NCBI GenBank assembly: GCA_051530055.1
Contig: JBMGUZ010000067.1
Span: forward strand, 1 to 14,738
Length of the DNA stretch: 14,738 nt
DNA from: Neoechinorhynchus agilis
Taxonomy: Eukaryota; Animalia; Acanthocephala
Direction: 5' to 3'
Position numbers and translations under genes: made by a program. A model generated the notes under the pieces. It did no database searches. It saw only the letters and a program-made list of their open reading frames with translations, and was not told where the DNA came from. Position 1 is the first letter of the stretch, and every line of letters begins with the position of its first letter. Positions 10,106 through 14,738 of the stretch are shown here, piece by piece.

Positions 10106-12139
10106 ATGTTTTCGTTTTACCCTGTTCTTTACACTGGCGATGACACCGATGCTCTTGTATTCGATCCTGGATCTTTTGATTTTCGATTTGGACACGCAGG
10201 CAGTGAGTATCCACAGTTCGTTGTTAAGCCATGCGTTGGTTCGGACTCAAAAGCAAGACATTTCATCGGAGATGTTCAACTAAACAACCTCATTTCGGAC
10301 GTTGAAGTCGATTGGGCTGTTAAAAATGGTGAAATTGAAGATTGGAAAGCGTTTGAATTATTGCTCGAGTATTCATACTGTCGTCTAAACACAACACCCA
10401 GTGATCATCCCGTAATGTTTGTAGAAAGTCCGTTGAATCCACTCAAGAAACAGGAGAATCTTTGTGAATTGATGTTCGAAAAGTTCCATGTTCCAGCGTT
10501 TTATTTATGCAGGAGTCCAGCGTTGGCGTGTATTTCCGTCGGTCGACCATCAGGGCTTGTTATAGACCAGTGGTTCATCAAAGTGGTGGTCCTTACAGAA
10601 TTAAAATTAATTTGTAAATGTATAGATATTTAGGTCTTGAGTAAAATATTTTTACATCTCTCTCTTAGACAAAAAGTCTGTTTGTTTTATACTTTGATTC
10701 GAAACACAATTTAATTAGCTCAAAAAGTGAAACTAATTTGAATTTAGTTTGTAGAAAAACTTTAGAAGAGGAGAATCTTTCCTGATAGCAAAATGGAGAT
10801 GAATATTTACTAACTATCGATAGAAAATCCTTCGGGATAATAAAATTACACTTTCGGTGAGAATAATCCCGGTCATTACGTATTTATTCGAAATATTTCG
10901 AACGAGGTATCCTCGCCTCTTCAGTCATTATTTGCAAGTTTTGAACAACCTCCTTCGAAATATTTCGAATAAATATGTAATGACCGGGATTATTCTCACC
11001 GAAAGTGTAATTTACTAACTGTTAACAATTAACGACTATTCGTGTAGATATGAACGCTTTGGATATTTCCATTTGGGTTTTAATCCTTTTTGAGCGTGAA
11101 GCCAAAAGCTGCTTTTTAAAATACCCACAAATTTTAGAAAAAGGACACCAGAAATTCTGTTTACAAAAATCAATACCAATTAAATATATAAATTTAGTTT
11201 TCGAACTTCTTTACAATTGAAAAAAATAGATATTATGCGCTTTTTTCAAAGGTTTTTAATAGCTTTCCCGTATTGATCCGGACGTTCCCATCAAGTTTAT
11301 GCAAATCATTGGGTAATTTTTCCCCATGAAGAAAGGAAAAGATTTGGGAACCACTGGAATAGACGTTGGTCACCATGGTACATTCGTGAGTCCGGTTGAA
11401 GACGGTCATGTTTATTTGAAAGGTGTAGTCCGATCGCCATTCGGAGGCGAGTTCATCGCTACAGAAATCACGAAACTCGTCAAAGAAGATAACCTTACTC
11501 CTATCCAATTAATCGACAAGATAAAACGCAAATACACACATATTCTCAATTTTGGAAGTATTCTCTTTTAAGTTGAGACTCTGATTTCTGTACAAATCGC
11601 AAAACATCCATGGATCACTTCTAAGCTATTTAAAAACACTTCTTTTAGACGACATTATTCGAAGCGTTTGTCGTGTTCGTGAGGATACCGATTACACAAA
11701 TCAACCAAATGACTCACATGTACCAGCGTCGTCCTATGAGTTCCCAAATGGAAATCAACGAGATTTCACAAACGACATCCTAAATTTGACCGAGTCTTTT
11801 TTCTCGTTGAAATCCGATCAATGCTTATCGAAACTTGTTACTCAATGTTTAACCAAATGCGATGTAGATATTCGGCAAAGTGTCTGTAAAAATATCGTTT
11901 GTATAGGTGGCTGCAGTCAAATGAATGGATTCTGTGTCAGATTAGAAAACGAATTAAACAAAAATGTATCCGCGAATTATAGAATTGATTTTGTATCGAT
12001 TCCGAGGAAAGAAGATCGCCGGAATGCTGCGTTTAAAGGAGGCGCATTCTTAGCTTCTTGGGGAAAATCGAATGAAAGATGGCTAACAAAGGAGATTTAT
12101 GAAGACGAAGGGAGGCGTGCTGTCCACAGATTTGTCTAA
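10106..12139 (+). CDS. ARP4: Actin-related protein Arp4 / ACTL6 (BAF53)-like, in three coding segments (~10106-10567, ~11359-11556, ~11594-12139; about 400 aa when joined)
   Basis: Segment 1: LYTGDDTDALVFDPGS...KNGEIEDW...HPVMFVESP...ELMFEKFHVPAFYL...GRPSGLVID. Segment 2: DVGHHGTFVSPVEDGHVYLKGVVRSPFGGEFI. Segment 3: SYEFPNG...CDVDIRQ...IGG...GGAFLASWG...WLTKEIYEDEG. The YxGD N-terminus, YEFPNG and the insertion before it match Arp4/ACTL6 rather than conventional actin. The stop falls where the family normally ends. Exact splice junctions are not resolved, and pseudogene status is not excluded. Confidence 0.85.
10568..11356. mobile_element. Non-autonomous hAT (Charlie/Buster-like) DNA transposon, 789 bp, inserted within the Arp4 coding sequence
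   Basis: The left end is CAGTGGTTCATCAAAGTGGTGGTCC and the reverse complement of the right end is CAGTGGTTCCCAAATC. These TIRs are of the CAGTGGTTC(T/C)CAAA type typical of Charlie/MER5-like hATs. The flanking 8-mers TTATAGAC (10560-67) and GAATAGAC (11357-64) match at 6/8, with TA at positions 4-5 as in Buster-type targets. No transposase ORF is present. Confidence 0.85.
10843..11013. repeat. Near-perfect inverted repeat (60-bp arms, 51-bp spacer) nested inside the hAT element; probable MITE/foldback
   Basis: 10843-10902 and 10954-11013 are reverse complements at 59/60 positions. Each arm's inner end is the 16-bp palindrome TTCGAAATATTTCGAA. Confidence 0.9.
11557..11593 (+). other. Second interruption of the Arp4 frame (short intron or lesion; boundaries uncertain)
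   Basis: The segment-2 frame ends at TAA 11569-71. The segment-3 frame is offset by +1 and is blocked by TGA at 11582-84, so a 3n+1 stretch must be removed. Candidates are 11557-11593 (AG...AC), 11519-11585 (AG...AT) and 11558-11648 (GT...AG). Confidence 0.5.
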
Positions 12140-12293
12140 GTGATTTGAATTTGTACATTCAAAAATTCAACGGGTTTCAGAATTCAAAGTGTCAACGCAA
12201 ATAAAATCCAACGGACTCGTTATTCGTTGTTTTTTCACGTTTAAAAACATTTACAAAATGCACAATCCACCGGATAGAAGAAAATATAGTGAG

Positions 12294-12353
12294 ATATTTC
12301 GAAAACGAAAGCCTTTCAGTCATCTAGAAAAAAAAGTTTTAGTTATTTTATAC
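12294..12353 (+). repeat. Decayed inverted homologue of the right end and flank of array 3 (9815-9875)
   Basis: ATATTTCGAAAACGAAAGCCTTTCAGTCATCTAGAAAAAAAAGTTTTAGTTATTTTATAC aligns by eye with the reverse complement of 9815-9875 (ATATTTCGAAAGAGGAAACCCATTTCGAGCCACATAAAAAAAGGTTTCTATTGTTTTGTAT). Confidence 0.55.
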
Positions 12354-12881
12354 GTGGTACGGATCAAAAAAGCGGGAAAATAACTAAAACTTCCTTTTAG
12401 ATAAAAATCTCGTTTGATCGTATTCATCTAACTAAAACGATTTTTTTGACTTTCATGAGTTTGAAATGTAAGTCTCGAAACAGCGACCAAGAATCTTGGA
12501 TTAGACGACCCCTTTTCTTCAGACTTTTTTCTGCCCTTTTCCAATTTGGAACCTCGATTGAATTACTCGAATCGACGAAGAGTTTCAAAATGAATAGCGT
12601 TCATCGTGCCATGTTTTAAAGGGACAAAAAGGCCAATCTATGAGACGAGATTCACTGTTCAATACTTCTATTTCCGACAAATCGTGAGAAAATCCTTTAT
12701 ATTCACGTTTTTCCCATTGGTTTCTGGCGTGAAGAAATTTTTAAATGATTTTATTTTTAAACTGCCGATTGGTTTCAGAGGCACACAATCTTGTGAACGC
12801 GTGTTTATCCCAAGGTTATTTTGCTTGATAAATTTAAAATAAAATCATTTTAATTTCTTTTTTTCGGCGAATGAAGCACAC

Positions 12882-13048
12882 TCACCACCTCCCGCCGAAT
12901 TCCAGCTTTTGTCCTTCCTCGACCGTCGCCATCACGCTAGCGAGATATTTTGTCGAAGGATTACACCTGCTCTTGAGTCTCCGGTTGCCTCTCTCAATTT
13001 CTTCGAGACATCCTGGCGCAGAGTTCCGAGCGCTCCATACGTCTCTAA
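12882..13048 (-). mobile_element. Decayed 3' end of a CRE-clade (RLE-type) non-LTR retrotransposon, copy A
   Basis: The minus strand reads LETYGALGTLRQDVSKKLREATGDSRAGVILRQNISLA, then frameshifts to VMATVEEGQKLEF. This matches the ExxG-W/L-G...TGD...L-QR-S-A-QRGNA C-terminus of CRE-like restriction-like endonucleases. An A-rich tract follows. Confidence 0.7.
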
Positions 13049-13081
13049 AATATCGATTTAATTTTTCTTTACATTAGGCCC

Positions 13082-13263
13082 TTTAAATGTCGCCCGGACG
13101 CTGGCAGCGTTGCCACGCTGGACCGCCAGACTCAAGTTTTGTCGCAAGAAATGCGGTTAATCACGATTTCCGCTGCGGCCCAAATGCCTGTCTCGACCCT
13201 GAATGGCAGGAACAAAGACTAAGAGGCTAACTCATGATACTTCGCGGTCTTACATTCCTCCGC
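13082..13263 (-). mobile_element. Decayed 3' end of a CRE-clade non-LTR retrotransposon, copy B (different subfamily)
   Basis: The minus strand reads AEECKTAKYHELAS*SLFLPFRVETGIW..., then in another frame FLRQNLSLAVQRGNAASVRATF. The KxxKY, F.P...VE..G.W and QRGNAA motifs appear in the right order, with stops and a frameshift. Confidence 0.75.
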
Positions 13264-13336
13264 CTAATTTCGCGGACGACATTTTTCGCATTTGTTGTTT
13301 TCACCACTTGGTGTTTTTTATAGATACCTTTGATCA

Positions 13337-13966
13337 ATGGATTGTGAAGAGTTGCTTGAAGAAGGTCGATTATCAAGTGAAGATGACGAAGATGATAATC
13401 CTCCTGACGTATTGAAGCATGAAATTGATTATGTTATACGTGAGCCTCGATTTGTGATGCAGCACTATTCTGGAACGGCTATGGAACGTGAAGAATTTCG
13501 GAATGTGTTGAAGATTAACGATGACGAAGAGATTGTTCGACTTCCGTTAATGCTATCACAATGCCGTGAAGTGCTTCAAGAGTTTCTATGTCCAGGAGAA
13601 CAGCTCATAAACGAAGTACCGGATTGGTATCGTCCGAATAAGTTGGTTGAAACGCAGAATGAGTTGCTTGAGTCGTATGGTAATCCAAATGGAGGATCAT
13701 CTAAAAGACAAGCAGCAGGATACGCTATTTACTTACACGATTGTCCCGTCCACGTGGACAAAGACTATTTGGAGAACATCGCTTCGGTTACTAACACGAA
13801 TGCTTGTGTTAAAAGTGTTAACGATGATGAGCGCCAAGATTATTGCATCAGCGTCCCGGACCAGTCTTCTTATGATCGGATGGTGTATTTCTTAAGGACT
13901 TTTGTCGTCGAAATCGGCGAAGTTCAACTTTTAGGACCGTACTATAAAATAAATGAAGAGTTTTGA
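13337..13966 (+). CDS. Hypothetical protein, 209 aa; acidic N-terminus and a possible degenerate RRM-like C-terminal domain
   Basis: This is a 630-bp ORF with protein-like composition in AT-rich DNA. It has an acidic SSEDDEDD stretch. The C-terminal ~80 aa (AIYLHDCP...YCISVP..SYDRMVYFL...EVQLL) show a beta-alpha-beta-beta-alpha-beta-like pattern. I do not recognise the family. Confidence 0.7.
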   Translation: MDCEELLEEGRLSSEDDEDDNPPDVLKHEIDYVIREPRFVMQHYSGTAMEREEFRNVLKINDDEEIVRLPLMLSQCREVLQEFLCPGEQLINEVPDWYRPNKLVETQNELLESYGNPNGGSSKRQAAGYAIYLHDCPVHVDKDYLENIASVTNTNACVKSVNDDERQDYCISVPDQSSYDRMVYFLRTFVVEIGEVQLLGPYYKINEEF

Positions 13967-14054
13967 GCGATTCTCTATGAGTGCCGATTTGATGGTAGCG
14001 ATCAACAAACATTTCTTTTAAAGAAGACAGAGCGGTGGCGTGGATGCTTTTTAA

Positions 14055-14181
14055 ACTCGGTCTCTGCTCAAGGATCTCTCGAAGAAATTGAAACGATCGG
14101 CGACAAAATATCTCGCTCGCAGTACAACGAGGCAATGCTGCCGAGGAAGGAGAAAAGCTAAGATTTTGCGGACGGTGGTGA
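14055..14181 (+). mobile_element. Decayed 3' end of a CRE-clade non-LTR retrotransposon, copy C (same family as copy A, inverted)
   Basis: It reads TRSLLKDLSKKL / RQNISLAVQRGNAAEEGEKLRFCGRW*. It shares the nucleotide blocks TCTCGAAGAAATTGA, CGACAAAATATCTCGCT, CGAGGAAGGA(C/G)AAAAGCT and GGTGGTGA with the reverse complement of copy A. Confidence 0.75.
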
Positions 14182-14250
14182 TTGCACGTAAAAATGTTTT
14201 CGTTAAAAAATCTAAAAAGTTGGTTAATGCAAAGAAATGTGAGTGATCCG

Positions 14251-14256
14251 AAAAAA
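14251..14256 (-). terminator. Probable RNA polymerase III T6 terminator of the tRNA-Ser gene
   Basis: First run of six T on the minus strand, ~30 nt downstream of the tRNA 3' end. Confidence 0.6.
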
Positions 14257-14285
14257 GGTGGGGAAGAAGGGTAACCAGCCCATCG

Positions 14286-14366
14286 CGCTGCGAACAGGAT
14301 TCGAACCTGTGCGGGAAATCCCATCAGATTTCAAGTCTGACGCCTTAACCGCTCGGCCATCGCAGC
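14286..14366 (-). tRNA. tRNA-Ser, anticodon TGA, 81 nt, long variable arm, no intron, no encoded CCA
   Basis: GCTGCGA/TCGCAGC acceptor stem with discriminator G. D arm GCCGAGCGGTTAAGGC. Anticodon arm TCAGA-CTTGAAA-TCTGA. Variable arm GGGA-TT-TCCC. T arm ACAGG-TTCGAAT-CCTGT. Confidence 0.97.
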
Positions 14367-14738
14367 TGTTAGACGTTCGCACTGATAAGTTTTATTGGAA
14401 TTTTAAAATCTCTGTCACAAATAAAATATGCGAGTTGACGAAATGGCCTTTTTGATTGGACTTGTTAGCTCGTTTCAGCGGCTTTAAAATTCAAATGCAA
14501 ATATAATCGAGAACGACAGAATCAAATGACCAATAAGAAAATATTGCGACATTCTGAGTGTTTTTGTTTACCTTTTTCGCCACCTTATTTGTCATTTGTC
14601 AAAGTGAATACAAACCAAAGAAAATCGTAAACAAGACTTTTACATGTTGTTTGTTGTCGCAAAAATCGGACTAAAACCAGCTACTTTTTAAATTCAAAGC
14701 GATGTTCTTCGCTTGGTTCGTCTTCGTAGCAATCGTAT

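Noticed and set aside
11233-11508. 91-aa minus-strand ORF
   Set aside because: Antisense shadow of Arp4 segment 2 and the transposon end.
12189-13077. Short ORFs 12189-12383, 12606-12842 and 12871-13077
   Set aside because: Non-ATG or weak starts and no recognisable products. They overlap a repeat relic or the antisense strand of the CRE fragment.
13098-13120. ACGCTG / CAGCGT / ACGCTG alternative hairpins as a regulatory switch
   Set aside because: Explained as the codons for QRGNAA in CRE fragment B.
10106-13966. Alternative genetic code (stop reassignment) to rescue Arp4
   Set aside because: TAA and TGA end recognisable proteins at their expected positions, and read-through would not fix the frame offsets.
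13203-14455. ORFs 13203-13415, 13647-13895, 13848-14324 and 14243-14455
   Set aside because: Alternative-frame or antisense overlaps of the 209-aa gene, the CRE relics and the tRNA.

Overview
AT-rich eukaryotic (probably animal) genomic window, not prokaryotic. It holds four protein genes: a divergent TALE homeobox gene with an eh1-like motif (481-906, +), Asterix/PAT10 (3284-3688, -), an interrupted actin-related Arp4/ACTL6 gene (10106-12139, +) and an unknown 209-aa acidic protein (13337-13966, +). There is also a tRNA-Ser(TGA) (14286-14366, -). About 6.9 kb is taken by three unrelated tandem arrays with ~207, 177 and ~155 bp units, two of which flank Asterix closely. The most interesting signal is in Arp4. 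A 789-bp hAT/Charlie-like non-autonomous element (TIRs plus a degenerate 8-bp TSD, with a nested 60-bp inverted repeat) sits inside a conserved coding motif, yet the frames on both sides are intact. Exact restoration of the protein needs a non-GT-AG intron (AG...AT is one register). A second, short interruption in the same gene also has AG...AC or AG...AT solutions. A cluster of three decayed CRE-type (restriction-like endonuclease) retrotransposon 3' ends surrounds the 209-aa gene. All homology calls are from recognition and hand alignment; no searches were run.
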